Part shown: piece after piece, positions 37,052 to 51,877 of the stretch
How the letters are laid out: each line of letters opens with the position of its first letter
How positions within the stretch are numbered: the stretch's first letter is position 1
Source of the DNA: Octopus vulgaris
Lineage: Eukaryota
DNA length: 64,000 bases
Assembly (NCBI GenBank): GCA_951406725.2
Contig: OX597820.1
Location: forward strand, 66,774,001-66,838,000
Direction of reading: 5' to 3'
Notes under the pieces: model-generated
What the model was told of the DNA's origin: nothing
The model's database searches: none
What the model saw: only the letters and a program-made list of their open reading frames with translations
Translations under genes and position numbers: made by a program

Positions 37052-37590
37052 GTCACCTTGAGCAAGTGTCTTCCACTATAACCATGGGCCAACCAAAGCC
37101 TGGATCTGGTAGACCGAAACTGAAAGAAGCTTGTCGCATGCATATATAAACATATGTGGGCTGCCTGTCTGGCTCCTGTGCCGGTGACACATAAAAAGCA
37201 CCCACTACACTCTTGGAGTGTTTGACATTAGGAAGGTCATCCAGCTGTAGAAACCATGCCGAATCAGTCTGGAACTTGGTGCAGCTCTTCGGCTTACCAA
37301 TTCCAGTCAAACTGTCTAACCCATGACTGCATGGAAAGCAGATGCTAAATGATGATGATGGTGGTGTTGGTGGAGTGTGTATTTCTTTATTACTGTCTCC
37401 TTGTTTTGGCATCGCATGATAGTCGCAAATGAGTGTCAGTGTCAACGAACAGTGCCCTACATTTCCAATCTTCCTTGAAAACACATCGGATCATTGGGAA
37501 ACTCATCTTACTCGGAACCTGATGAGGGCTGGCAACAGGAAGGGCATCCAGCCGTTGACAGTTCACCTCAATAAATTCCGTTTGACTAAA
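37052..37590 (+). mobile_element. SINE A variant with RTE-like tail, with a D fragment (37165-37360) inserted
   Basis: CACCTTGAGCAAGTGTCTTCCACTATA...GGTAGACCGAAACTGAAAGAAGC | D | ...GGCTGGCAACAGGAAGGGCATCCAGCCG. Confidence 0.65.
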
Positions 37591-37849
37591 TACTGTGACA
37601 AATACTAATCGAATTACTAAATAGCGGAGAATAAGGCAAAAAAAAAAACAATGGAAGAGAATGCAAAAGAACACAGAATTTTATATGTATTATAGTGCTT
37701 CCTATTTTGGTATTTAGTCTTGTATTGAAGTCAGTCATACTTACAGACATATACGGAGGGGAGGGCTGGAGGAAGAGAGAGGCATACATATAAATGAATG
37801 TATAGGTGTGTGTATGTAAGTGTACCTGTCTATATAAATATGCATATGA

Positions 37850-38723
<874 letters not shown>

Positions 38724-38920
38724 GAGAGATATATATATGTATATATACATGTGTGTGTGGGTTTTATATATATATATGCATATACATATATATAGATATG
38801 CATATATATATATAGATATGCATATACATATATATATATGCATATATATATATATATACATATATATATGCATATATATATATATACATATATATATACA
38901 CACACATATATATATGCATA

Positions 38921-38963
<43 letters not shown>

Positions 38964-39099
38964 ATATATGTATGTATATATATATATATGTATGTATATG
39001 CATGCATATGTGTGTGTTAGTGTATACAGATGTATATGTTATCCCATTTCCTCACAAATGAGAGATGTTATCACCCTCTGACCTGTCACCCAAAATATA

Positions 39100-39194
<95 letters not shown>

Positions 39195-39389
39195 CTATGT
39201 ATATTTATACGTATATGTATACTCCCAACTCTAGAACCATCAGACCGCTGCTGATAGGAATCAACCAGTAGTTTCCGCCTGAGTGCATTCATTCATTTTG
39301 CTGCTCTAGTCACCTTAGTCACGCCTGGTACAGGTGGTGAGCGAAGGAGATTTATTCATGTGAGACTACTAACATTTCAGAGATCTACC

Positions 39390-39393
39390 TAGT

Positions 39394-39473
<80 letters not shown>
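39390..39473. repeat. (AGC)n(AGT)n microsatellite
   Basis: Direct reading. Confidence 0.95.
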
Positions 39474-39625
39474 ATCATAGCAACTTTGTCAGATTCAGTG
39501 ACACAAATTATTAACATCACCACAGAACTGGGTAAGGAATTTCCTTGGGTTGATGGATGCCCTAAATTTTCATTGGTTGGCTTCCACTCCGATCAGTGAC
39601 AGGTTATGTGTCTGTCTCACTGATT

Positions 39626-39660
39626 CCTAATTACTTTATTTTTACCTGTTGCAGGTATGT
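39626..39660 (+). promoter_or_regulatory. Candidate recursive splice site (3'ss abutting 5'ss)
   Basis: CCTAAT branch-like motif, pyrimidine tract TTACTTTATTTTTACCTGTTG, CAG|GTATGT. Confidence 0.35.
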
Positions 39661-40056
39661 TAACTAGTTAACCTGCTTTTTGATTTTCTTTTTTTTTTTG
39701 TTCTATGTTCTTTGTAGAATCCCCACCCCACCCTCCATTCATTCCCTTTAGCCGCCGTCTCCATCACCATCACCATCAGACAAATAGCCTTCAGGGTCAA
39801 CAAGAGAGTCCCCTACTTAGTTGCTCAACCCACTAGAAATAGTGCATGAAATCTCCCTCAAATTACACTGTTCAATTTTGTTTTATCTTTTACTTTTTTC
39901 CAGTCAATGGACTGTGGCCATGCTGGGGCACCACCTTGATAGAGTTAGTCAAGCAAACTGACCCCAGTAATTATTTTTCAAGTTTGGTTTCTATTTTATC
40001 AGCCACTTCTCCTGTACCATCATCATCATCATCTTCATCATCATCATCATTTAGCA

Positions 40057-40351
40057 CAGTGGTTCCAAAGTGGGTGGAAAGATCCAGGGAGACGTTGAAG
40101 AAAAATTAGGCGATAATGGGGTGACTAAAATGAGGCAATGGATACTCTTTCATTTGTTTCAGTCATTTGACTGTGGACATGCTGGAGCACCGCTTTTATA
40201 GTCGAGCAAATTGGCCCCAGAGCTTATTCTTTGTAAGCCTAGTACTTATTCTATCGGTCTCTTTTGCCAAACCACTAAGTTACGGTGGCGTAAACACACC
40301 AGCATCAGTTGTCAGGCGATGGTGGGGGGACAAACAGACAAACAAACATAT

Positions 40352-40412
<61 letters not shown>

Positions 40413-40771
40413 TGACGGGCTTCTTCCAGTTTCCGCCTACCAAATCTACTCACAAGGCTTTGGTCGGCTCGAGGCTATAGTAGAAGACACTTGCCCAAGG
40501 TGCCACTCAGTGGGACTGAACCCGGGACCATGTGGTCGGTAAGCAAGCTACTTACCACACAGCCACTCCTGCGCCTAAAAATGTAAAAGACATAAAAGAA
40601 AAAGAAGCAAACAAAATAATGGGTTAATTAGGTTTCTTTATTTATGAAACACTGTTGCTTTGAATTTGCTGCAAAAAATATTCCGTGTCTGTGATTGTGA
40701 TGGGGTGGGGCACTAGGAATATGGCCTTAAAACCAAGGAGACAGCAGCCAGAAAAAGTTAGGAAATCACCG
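40057..40771. mobile_element. hAT MITE with perfect 8-bp TSD
   Basis: ATTTAGCA|CAGTGGTTCCAAAG ... GTTAGGAAATCACCG|ATTTAGCA. Confidence 0.85.
40143..40575 (-). mobile_element. Young full-length SINE A inside the hAT MITE
   Basis: Near-consensus with many CpGs retained. Confidence 0.92.
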
Positions 40772-41969
40772 ATTTAGCATCTGGAATTGGTAAGCAGAAG
40801 AGCTGTGCCAGGTTCCAGTCTGATTTGGCAGAGTTTCTATGGCTAGATGCCCTTCCTAATGCCAACCACTTTGAAAGTGTAATGAGTGCTTTTATGTGCC
40901 ACTGACTCAGCTGTGACTTACATGGCACCGGCGACAGCCATGACTATGATTTCATGGGTGCCATTTATATGACACTGGTGATGGTCACAGCTATGATTTC
41001 ACTTCACCTGATAAGCCTTCTGAAAGTCAGCATACCACCAATGTTCTCGGTCACTTGTCATCACCTCTATGAGGCCCGACACTCGAAGATCAAGAAGTCA
41101 TAAGGATGTAAACAAACAAACACTACTTGTCAAGCAATGATGAGGAACACAAACATAAACACACACACACATACAACCGGTTTCTACTCACTGTCTATCT
41201 TCCAAATTCACTCACAAGGCACAAGGTTTTGGTCAGCCTGGAACTATAGTAGACTAGCTTAAAAGCCACCTTGTCGGGCAGCTTTTAAGCTAACTCCTGC
41301 AGAGGGCTCTTCATTGAGCCTTGAGCCTAATAATGACACTTCATGCATTAAGTACTTATTAAATTTTATTAAACTTGACCAATATTTTTCAAGCAATGAA
41401 CAATTTTCATCAAAACAATATAACATGTTGACTTGGATCTTATTGCAAAGCTGCATGATAAACAACATCTTTTGTCTTCCCTTTTGGGGGTCAGTACAAT
41501 TTTGTTTATTTTTTCTATCTATCCTCTTTCTTTCTCTGTCTCTCTTTCTGTTGATTGTTTTCAACCGTCACCATCATCATCGCCACCATAACTGCCATAC
41601 ACACACCATTCAGACTTCTGACGCCACCAACATCAACACCTTTGACTTCGCCGCCTTCTCCTCCACCACATAACCACTATCTTTCAAATCCCTTACTATC
41701 ACCATCATGCTTGACTACCTCAGCTACCACTACCACCACCACCACCACTACCACCATCATCACTGTCACCTCTGCCTCTATCACAACTACAATTCCTACT
41801 GTTACTATCACCCCATTACCATCTCAGCTGTCAATCTACTACCACCATCACTGTCTCAATGCCTACTATTATTCACCCCAGGAAGAGGAGTAGAAGTGTC
41901 ATTGAATAGTGAGAGATGGGGGTCAAAGTGTGACGCACTGATACACAGAAATTCATTTTGGCATTTATC

Positions 41970-42068
41970 ATTATTGAAGACACTTGCCCAAGGAGCCACA
42001 GAGTGGGACTGAACCCAAGGCCATATGGTTGGGAAGCAATGTCCTTTCCAAAAAGCCATGCCTGCACC
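41970..42068 (-). mobile_element. SINE A head fragment
   Basis: GAAGACACTTGCCCAAGG...GTGGGACTGAACCC...AGCCATGCCTGCACC. Confidence 0.7.
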
Positions 42069-42548
42069 TACATGACTAAAATCTACTTCTGTGACCATTA
42101 CTGAAAGCTCAAATGTACCAATCATTAAATCTTGATTGTTCTGTTAAAGAGTGTTTGGTCCTTTAGAAAAATATGATGAATTAATTAATGTATAGAATTG
42201 TATAAGGACAGGAAACATGACTGCAATCTTGTTGATGTCCCTACCTACCGCCAGAGGGCATTTTGGTGGTCTTCTAACTAAAATCTCAGTCACCTTCGCC
42301 AGAAACTCCATTGTCGTCATCATGATTTTCATCAGCTTTATCATTGTTATCTCATCATCATCATCACCATCGTCACCACCATCATCATTGTCATCACCAC
42401 CATCATCATCATCATCATCACCACCACCACCACTGTCATCATCTTCATCTTTATAGTTGTTGCCTATACATTTCAACCATTATTCTGCAGAACCACCGTT
42501 GGCAGCATCATTGTCCTAATCAAACCTGTAAGTGTACGTATGTGTTAA

Positions 42549-42585
<37 letters not shown>

Positions 42586-43123
42586 CACGTGTGTGTGTCC
42601 TCATCACCACCGTCACTGCCCTCATCTCTATTACTATTACCATCTGCAGTAACAACAACAACAGCATCAACATTGGTTTAATTGCTGTAAAATGACATTG
42701 TTATGAATAAGATAATAATAACAAGGTCCATTACTATTACACACACACACACACACACACATACATACACACGTTTATATACATATAAGTATATTTGTGT
42801 ATGATGTGTGCGTAAGCATATATATATATTTGTATACGTATATATGTGTGTGTGTGTACATATATATATATATATATATAAATGTATGTGTATATATAAA
42901 TGTATATGTATATATATATATATGTATATATGTATATAAGTGTATAGATGTGTATGTATATATGTATATGTATATATATATGTGTGTATATATCTGTGTA
43001 TATGTGTATGTCCATGTATGTATATATGTGTGTGTGTGTGTGTGTGAAAGAAAGACATTTAATAAGAAGTGGGATGTGTATTGGTTGCGATGAGGGTGTG
43101 AGTGGGATGGGGTGGGGCAAGTG

Positions 43124-43170
<47 letters not shown>

Positions 43171-43429
43171 AATTTGATGGAATCTTTCTTCCATTTAACA
43201 GCACCAGCAGCCACCGCGGCAACACCGACTGCAGCAGCAGCAGCAGCAACATCTCCCACTCACCCTTTTCCCCTTCCCACCACACCTACCATCCTTCTTT
43301 TGTAACAACACCACCTTAGATTATTTGTCTCCCTTTTTCACCACCGCCCTACCATCTCTCTCTCTCTCTCTCTTTTGCTGTCTCTAATGGTTGAAGATCT
43401 TTTATAGATCAACAACGTCATTAACAACA

Positions 43430-43446
43430 ACAATAATAATAATATC

Positions 43447-43492
<46 letters not shown>

Positions 43493-43583
43493 GTATTAAT
43501 AATAATGATAATAATAATAATAATAGTATTAATAATGATGATAATAATAATAATAATAATAATAGTATTAATAATAATGATAA
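43430..43583. repeat. (AAT)n with 3x higher-order AATAGTATTAATAAT unit
   Basis: Direct reading. Confidence 0.9.
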
Positions 43584-44854
43584 TCGCTTGTCATTTGTGA
43601 GTGTGGGGGTGGATGCGTGTTTAAGAGAACATAAAAAAAAAATGTTGGGTTGAGTCGATTGTGATGTTTCGTGTATGTTTGTCTATACATGTGTGTGTTT
43701 GCTGATGTGATTGGTGTATAACAGATTTTACATATATATATATACTTTCTGGTGGGTGGGGGGGTCACTCCTTTCCTCTCTCTTTCTCTCTCTCATATAT
43801 GTATGTGTGTGTGTAGATGGATAAGTATGTATACCTGTATTGTACCTTGTGTATGTTTGTGCACACGTGTGTATATGTGTGTGTGTTTGTATGCATAATT
43901 TATATATATTACACTTTTATACATACACATCTGTGTGAATGTGTCTGTCCCTCCCTCTCTCTCTCTCTCTCTCTCACTGTCTCCTTTTCTTTCTTTTTCT
44001 CTCTCTCCTTCTCCTTTTCTTTCTTTTTCTCTCTCCCTCTCTTACTCTCTTCCTCTCTATCTTTCTTTCTCTCTCTTTCTCTCTTTTCCTTTTCTAATCT
44101 TTCTCTCTCACTCTCTCTCTCTTTCTCTCTTACTCTCTTTCTTCCCTCTCACTCTCTCTCATATATTAATAGATATATAAGTATGTGTGTGGTTATACTA
44201 ATCGATATGTTAATATGTATGTCCATACACACACACACACACAGACACACACACACACACATACATACACACACATACATGCACACCTATATATTTATAT
44301 ACTATATATACCACAGAAGAAATTTTGTATATCAGTAGTGAAAATACACTATGAAAATTTAGTATTCTTTCTACACATACATTCATCTGCATATGTAATA
44401 ATAACACAAGAGAGAACAAGAACAGCATTATTATAGCGTGTATATACAAGTGTATGGTTTTATTATTGCTGCGGATATCATCATCATTACTCAATAACTA
44501 AACTAATCGTTACTCAATAACTACACATGAATTGCCTGCATTTTAAAGATATTCCGTGTCTGTATTCTTTCCAAGAAGTTTGTGTTGTCGGTAACAGAAC
44601 AGAGAAGACAGATGAGAGAAGAAATTGTAATAGAAACTTGCTAATGAAAAAGAAATTAGATGGACCCAGAGCAGCATAATGCCATAACATTGTGGACAGT
44701 CTAGTAGAGAGATTAATATGGAATGGAAGTTATTTTGTATTCATAAGAGAGAGACAAGAAAAGTTCTATCTCCATCCAGCCTCCTCCTCTGCAAGTATCT
44801 CTTTGATTCATGTTTCACTGGGCATAACCTTTGAAAATAAATATTTTATAGATC

Positions 44855-45360
44855 AGTGTGTTGGTTGCTTGGTTGGTTGCTTGGTTGGTAAATTGGCAGT
44901 GGGCTGGTTGGTTATGGGTCGTTTGTGGATTGGTTGATTGGTGAATTGGCTGTGGAATAGATAATTAGTTGGTTGTTTGTGGATTGGTTGGCCGGTTGGT
45001 TGGTGAATTGGCTATGGGTTGGTTGGTTATGGGTCATTTGTGGATTGGTTGGTTGTTGAATTGGCTGTGGAGTAGATAATTTGTTGGTTGTGGATTGTGT
45101 GGTTGGTGTATTGGCTGTGAGTTGGATGGTTGTTTGTGGATTGGTTGGTTGGTTGGTGAATTGACTGTGGGTTGGTTGGTTATGGGTGGATTGACTGTGG
45201 GGTAGATGATTGGTTGGTTGGTTGTGGATTGGTTGGTTGGTTGGTGAATTGGCAGTGGGTTGGTTGGTGAATTGGTTGTGGGTTGGTTGGTGAATTGGCT
45301 GTGTTCGATGATTGGCTGGTTGTGGGTGGATCAGTTGGTTGGTTGCTTGCTTGTTGGTTA
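44855..45360. repeat. G/T-rich compound minisatellite (GGTT)n with GGTGAATTGGCTGTG motifs
   Basis: About eight recurrences of TGAATTG(G/A) among GGTT runs. Confidence 0.85.
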
Positions 45361-47286
45361 ATTGCCTTTCATCCTTTCAGATGAATGCTAAGTTGACCTT
45401 TCTGAGTTCAAAAACTGCTACAGTCTTTGAACTTAGAAAGTAAAGAACCAAAAAAAGCCACAAAGCATTTTGTCCACAAAAATAATTCTGCCAAGTTACT
45501 TGTTTCTTACATTGGCCCAGAGTCTTGAATTTGGGAGCAGGAGTCAGCATTTTAATTCAAAAACCCCAGCATTTGACTCTTACCTTATTTCATCAAAAAC
45601 ACAAAGTTCACTTTGGCAGAGATTGTACTTATAATGATAAAAATACTAAACTAAATAACCCCCTACCCTCACCTCACCACACATGGTATATTCAGTACCA
45701 AACTCTAACAATTCTGACATTTTTTTATATTTATCTAATTTTTTTTAGTTACTCTAAGGGCATTGGATGGCTGACGGAACCCATTTATAAAGTACAAATT
45801 ACAAAAACAAAAGCAGTTGCCATGGGTGATGGTCATGGTGGTAGGAAGAATGTTTATATTGATTACAAAAACAACAAAAAATTTTTTTAAAAACTGACTT
45901 AACACAATAATGATGGTGATGATGATGATGATAATAATAATAATAATAATAAGAAGAAGAAGAAGAAGAAGAATATTGGTGCTCCCTAATGTCTCTTATG
46001 TTCTGTTTTCTTTCTCCTTTGCTCTGCTTTACTATGTCACCTTTAGAAAAATCCTTACTGTATACCAGGCCTGCCACCTTGGAAAATTTATGAGGGACCC
46101 TTCAGAAATTGAAGAGTTGTAAATCTTGGGTCTCATAGACTTCTGTTTGTTAGGGTGAACTCTTCCCCCACCCCCACCCCTTTCTCTCTCCCTCCAAACC
46201 ATTTGTTCTGTTATTGTATGTACTGTATACATCTTGCTCAATGCACTCATTCTGGTAGGGGTCATTAAAATAACCCCCTCACCAAACTTCTTACACCTCC
46301 TCCTTCTACACACACACACACAAAACAGCTTCTTACTTCTCCCTTTCCTAGCTATGTCTTCTCACCTCATACACGCATACATATTATGCACTATACACAC
46401 ACACTGACTAAAATTCTTCAAAGGTGTGCTCCAGCATGGCCACAGTGTAATGGCTGAAACAAGTAAAGGATAAAAGATATATGGGTTTATAATATTTATA
46501 TATACACATACATACAGCTTAGAAAAAGGGTGAAAGTAAATTGATTAAGTTAGCTCTCAGAGATGGTAGTCATTTAATCTGTCTTCAGTCACAGACATTC
46601 CAGTCATGACCATCCACTACTATGTCCTACAGTGTAGGGAACCCCCACAAAAAACACATTATCCAACATTCCCCTTGTGTTAGGACAATTTGAATTGAGG
46701 AAGATTTGGTTGATATATCTAGTAGGTCACATGCAGCAGTCTTTGGCTCCAGGAAGCAGAGAGGTGATGGTGGTATGGGGAGGGGTCTCTGTTCTATCTA
46801 TTTCTCTCTTTTTCACACACACACACACACACATATATATATACTGTATATATGTTGTCTGTCTGTCTGGTCTCAAATACCAAAACAGACATGCTTCTTG
46901 TCAGAATGTTACATTTTCCAGACCACCAAATTTTCTCTCTTATATCTCTCATTCCTAGACATGGTACATTAGGTTATTGTCGGTTGTTGTTCTTGTTGCT
47001 GGTGTTGTTCTTGCCCATCTTGACCTATTGTTCTCCTTACTATCTGACAAACCAACCAACAGGCCACCTAGCAATATACATACATACATACATACATACA
47101 CACATACATACTTATATATATGTGTGTGTGTGTGTGTGTACGTACATATATATATACATATACATATATATACAGACACACACACACACACACATTACTT
47201 ACATTTGCTTTTCTTATCCTCGGTTTATTTATTTTTTTTTTATCATCAGTCTAGGATTGAATGAAGACTAACTTACATGCACATAT

Positions 47287-47317
<31 letters not shown>

Positions 47318-47830
47318 TACGTATATGCATATATACATATCTACATGTGTGTGTATATATACATATGTATGTATATACTTATACTGGAGAAGTCTGGTTA
47401 ACTTCGAGAGTACACTCACTCCAGTGTCATTGGAAATACATCAGCATAAATGCTGCTGCTGCTGCTGCCGGCGGTGGTGGTGGCGGCGGCGGTGGTGGTG
47501 GTGGTGGTGGTGGTGGTAGTGATGATGATGATGATGATGAGTGAATGTGATGGTATTATTTGTTATTTGTAGAATATAATATATTTGGTTCCTGTTTCAA
47601 CTCTAAAATCTTTTATAACTAACTTGATTCTGTGTCAGCTTGTCTTTATTTTATATATGTCTATATATATACACACACATGTGTGTATGTCTGTGTATAT
47701 ATATATATATATATTATATACAAACACACGTACACAGGCACACATGTTATTTGCACACCCATATATCATATTTATATTTATATCGTATTATAATTTATCT
47801 TATATATACGTATGTGTATGTATAGTGTGT

Positions 47831-49330
47831 TCGTTTGTCTAGTTGCATCTCTTTGGATAGCTTCCAGTAAGTAGATTGATCAATATCTTCTGGACAAGAT
47901 GGGTTTCCTGGCCAGGCAAGCTGGAGATGCAAACTTAAAGTAACTTTGGATGTACCATAGATAGCCATGCAATTTAGCTTGAGGAGAAAAATGTCTTAAC
48001 TTAGTGGACAGTCTTTTTTTTTTGATTTTTGTAGAAATGTGGTCCTTCCAATGCAGAGGGTCGTTGTTGACAATAATGCTTTGGTTACATTCACCAGTAG
48101 ACCTCTTAACCATCTTGAGACACCCAGGCCGATTGATCGGCCCAAGTGATGCAAGCTGAAAGGCCTTTTGAGGTCAATCCATCTGCCCAATCGAACAGAT
48201 GTTATGAATGGTTGGTTTTGAAGTATCATATCTAATCAGAAATCATCTTTCAAAAGATATGTCTCAACAGAAAAAAAGAATGTTGGTCTTTTGGGCTACA
48301 CATACCAAAACATCATGCATTTCAAAATGGTTAGGGTTAATGTTGTGGAAGGGAGTTGGTTAGCTTCAATAGGGTTTTGTCCCTTTATTGATAGTAGTGC
48401 ACTTGTTTACTTACAGTCAACAGTATATTCTTTTTATCTCAAATATGTCATTTGCATATTTTTTAACTCCATATGTTTCGTGCCTGAAGTTTTGTCTCAT
48501 TTAAGCTAAACAGTGAAGGTGCATGGGTTAGTGTATTCGACTCACAGTCGTAAGACCATGAGTTCAATTCCTGGCAGTGCACTGTGTCCTTGAGCAAGAC
48601 ACTTTATTTCACATTCTTTCAGTCCACACAGCTGGCAAAAATGAGTATACTCGTAATTCAAAAGGGCCAGCCTTGTCACATTCTGTGCCACGCTGAATCT
48701 CTCTGAGAACTCTGTTAATGTACACGTCTGTGGAGTGTTCAGCCACTTGCCTGTTAATTTTACAAGCAAGCTATTCCATTGTTGGGATTAACTAGAAACC
48801 TCATCCTCGTAACTGACAGAGTACCATAAAAGTGAGCAGTTTTTTTTCTGGTGGTGATGACTTTTCTTTCTGCCTATAAAACATAAATTAGTAATGGTCA
48901 TAGTATGATGGGTATCTCCTAAAGGTTCTTCAATAGTGATGCTTTTAAGTTTCAACAACAGTGATCCAAAAGCAGATCCAAAAATATTTGTTATTTCTTG
49001 TGGGAGAGGTCACTGTGTGGTACCAGTTTGAATCCAACAATAAATCAACGAAATCATTTACACTTTTGTATACAGTTTCTGGTCAGTTGAAATCACCAGA
49101 AATGAAAATGTAGTTGGCCGTTTTCCAAGATGCAACTCTGAGGATAGTCTAGGTTAGGCAGCATATTTGATTTTCTTCAATGTTTTGGAAACTCCATGGC
49201 ATTCAACGCATTGTTGATTATCTAAAAACAATGCTTAATAATTTTGGTCGGGTGCTATGATCAGAGGGCCACCATAGTACTCCTGAATGTTGAATATTTT
49301 GCACTATAGTAGCAAAGTTGCAAGAACAAA
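47831..49330 (-). pseudogene. CR1/L2-type LINE ORF2 remnant (APE endonuclease plus RT/C-terminal pieces), heavily deleted
   Basis: Minus strand gives YIFISGDFN*P, VTSPTRNN/LDLLL, EEPLGDTHH (APE motifs GDFN, PTR..LDL, SDH); IDLK/AF, RWLRGLL/NQSIIVNN (RT); LHWKDHI, YIQSYFKFASPA, IYLLEAIQRDATR (LEYASP.W, LE.VQRRATR). Confidence 0.8.
48512..48827 (+). mobile_element. SINE family C inserted in the LINE remnant
   Basis: GTGAAGGTGCATGG...GAGTTCAATTCCTGG...TGTGTCCTTGAGCAAGACACTTTATTTCAC...GTAACTGACAGAGTACCA. Confidence 0.85.
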
Positions 49331-50078
49331 GGAAAAAAAAATAAAATAAAATAAAGGGTCTTTTGGGTTTTCTTGTTTTTTCCCTCTCTTAAAGATAATA
49401 TTATTTGCCTTCCCTGCTACATGTAATACGATACTATGTGTAAATAAGATCTGAAAAATTGGAAAATATTATAAATATTGGTATTTATAGCGATATGTGT
49501 CTCTGTGACTATATGCTTATCTTTTTATTTATCTATCTATGTATAGATATGTGTGATATCTGTCTGTGTATGATTCTGTGAGTGTGTGAGAGTATACAAG
49601 AAATGCATAATCCTTGCTTCTTTTTTTTTTTATGTCCTTCAAAGACAACAAAAGTAACTATGAATGCGTGTGTCTGTTAAAGAAACAAAATATATCAGTA
49701 ATTAGATAGAATTTCGGTAAATATTCTTAGCAACGCTTCAGGTTCAATCAATAAAAGAAATTTTCGCATTTTCTCTTGTAAATAAATAAATAAATAAATA
49801 AAAGAATATTTAAGTTTTATCTTTTACAAATGGCTAAATTTTTATCTGCTGCAGAAGTTTTCTGAAAATATACACCACTGGAAAGTGATGTTCTTTCTTA
49901 TGTGCTGATGATGACTAGTGCTGTTGTTATTATTATTATTATTATTTATCATTATTAGTGGTGGTGGTGGTGGTGGTGGTGGTTCTGTTGTTATTGTTGT
50001 TTGTTCACAAACGAAAAGGGAGTGAATTTTTTTAATAACTTCTATAACTTTTAAGTTCTTATCAGTTAATTTACATAT

Positions 50079-50080
<2 letters not shown>

Positions 50081-50136
<56 letters not shown>

Positions 50137-50150
50137 CATGTACATATATA

Positions 50151-50215
<65 letters not shown>

Positions 50216-50217
50216 GT

Positions 50218-50290
<73 letters not shown>

Positions 50291-50410
50291 CATGTGTGTA
50301 CGTATATATGTGTATATTTAAAATAGGTATATGTAAATATGTCTACGCTTGTAATGTATATGTATATATACGTGTGTGTGTATGTATGGGCTAGACTCTG
50401 TGTGTGTGTG
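50081..50410. repeat. (TA)n-dominated microsatellite
   Basis: Direct reading. Confidence 0.95.
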
Positions 50411-50684
50411 TGTAGTTATTAAATTTTGTCTTCCACCATATTTTCCTTTGGAGACTTGAAAGCAAGAGAGGATAAATTTATCAAATTTTCTCTTTACGTT
50501 GCTATCTATTTTAGTTATTAATAATAGTCGACTGACTGTCAGTCTGGCTCAGCTGAACGCTCAATGAAACTGGCTTAAATTCTAATGTTTAACATTTCTG
50601 ATGCTAAAAGTGTTTTTTTGTAAAATATGGTACCAGTTATATACCGAGGGTGAATATGATTCACTATAGTCCACCCCACCGAAT

Positions 50685-50898
50685 TCTCTTCTACTCTAAA
50701 AGCACAAGGCCTGAAATTTGGGGGGAAGGGTGGGGGGTGGGGGCAGTCGATTAGATCAACCCCAGTATGCAACTGGTACTTAATTTATCAACCCCGGAAG
50801 GATGAAAGGCAAAGTCGACCTTGGTGGAATTTGAACTCAGAACATAAAGACAGACGAAATACTGCTAAGCATTTCACCCCGGTGTTCTAACATTTCTC
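50685..50898 (-). mobile_element. SINE B, tail variant 2
   Basis: Homologous to 18685-18888 and 60690-60900. Confidence 0.85.
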
Positions 50899-51138
50899 AG
50901 CAAATTTGTCGTTCTGTTACCTAGGATGTTTTCGTTTTACCTTTTACTCGTTTCAGTCATTGGTCTGTGGCCATGCTGGGGCACTTCCTTGAACAAATTG
51001 ACCCCTGTGCTTATTATAGCAATCTCTTTTGCTGAACCTCTAAGTTATGGGGATGTGAATAAACCAACAATTGTTGTCATGGGGTGTGTTTATATGTGTG
51101 TGTGTGGGGGGGAGAGCACAATTTATTTGCCTACATCC

Positions 51139-51368
51139 TATTTCTTCTTTACCCACAAGGGGCTAAACACAGAGGGGACAAACAAGGACAGACATAGGTA
51201 TTAAGTCGATTACATCGACCCCAGTGCGTAACTGGTATTTAATTTATCGACCCCGAAAGGATGAAAGGCAAAGTCGACCTCGGCGGAATTTGAACTCACA
51301 ACGTAACGCAGACGAAATACCGCTAAGTATTTTGCCCGGCGTGCTAACGTTTCTGCCAGCTCACCGCC
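51139..51368 (-). mobile_element. Full-length SINE B with 17-bp TSD
   Basis: TSD TTTATTTGCCTACATCC at 51122-51138 and 51369-51385; B-box GAGTTCAAATTCC on the minus strand. Confidence 0.93.
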
Positions 51369-51821
51369 TTTATTTGCCTACATCCCTTCAAGGCAGTGCC
51401 CCAGCATGGCCACAGTCCAATGACTCGAACAAGTAAAAAAAAAAAAAAGCGATTAAAGATACATCTATACACATACACACCCACATTCCTTTCAAGAATA
51501 TCTGAGTTTGTTCTAATCACGTTATCCATTTCACCCAAGCAGCTGCCCATTAACCAATAGTCTCCACCACCACCACCGCATTCTTCTCCTACTATCATTA
51601 GACAAGACCCTTCTTGTTTTACATTTACTTGTGACTAGAATGTCATCTTTCGTAAGCTGAGGTTGCACACGCAAACAATACGAGGAGGAGATTCCTTTGT
51701 ATATCTCCAAATTAGGCCCTACTTTCCCCTTAACTTTCTCTAAGCCTTTTGCATTTTCTGTCTTCCCTCCTCTTTCTTCATCTTTCTCTCTCTCTATCTA
51801 TCTATCTACCCATCTTTCTAT

Positions 51822-51877
<56 letters not shown>

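Larger units (their letters stand above)
40019..41092 (-). mobile_element. Family D RTE 3' end split by hAT MITE
   Basis: (CAT)n tail at 40019-40050; resumes at 40780 with CCAGTCTGATTTGGCAGAGTTTCTA..GATGCCCTTCCTAATGCCAACC. Confidence 0.75.
39885..41255 (-). mobile_element. Old SINE A split by a nested D/hAT/SINE A stack
   Basis: Tail at 39885-40018 resumes collinearly at about 41095 (AAGTCATAAGGATGTAAAC). Confidence 0.7.

Noticed and set aside
44855-45360. Telomere-like or G-quadruplex tract
   Set aside because: Unit is GGTT-based, not TTAGGG, with mostly two-G runs; an ordinary compound minisatellite.
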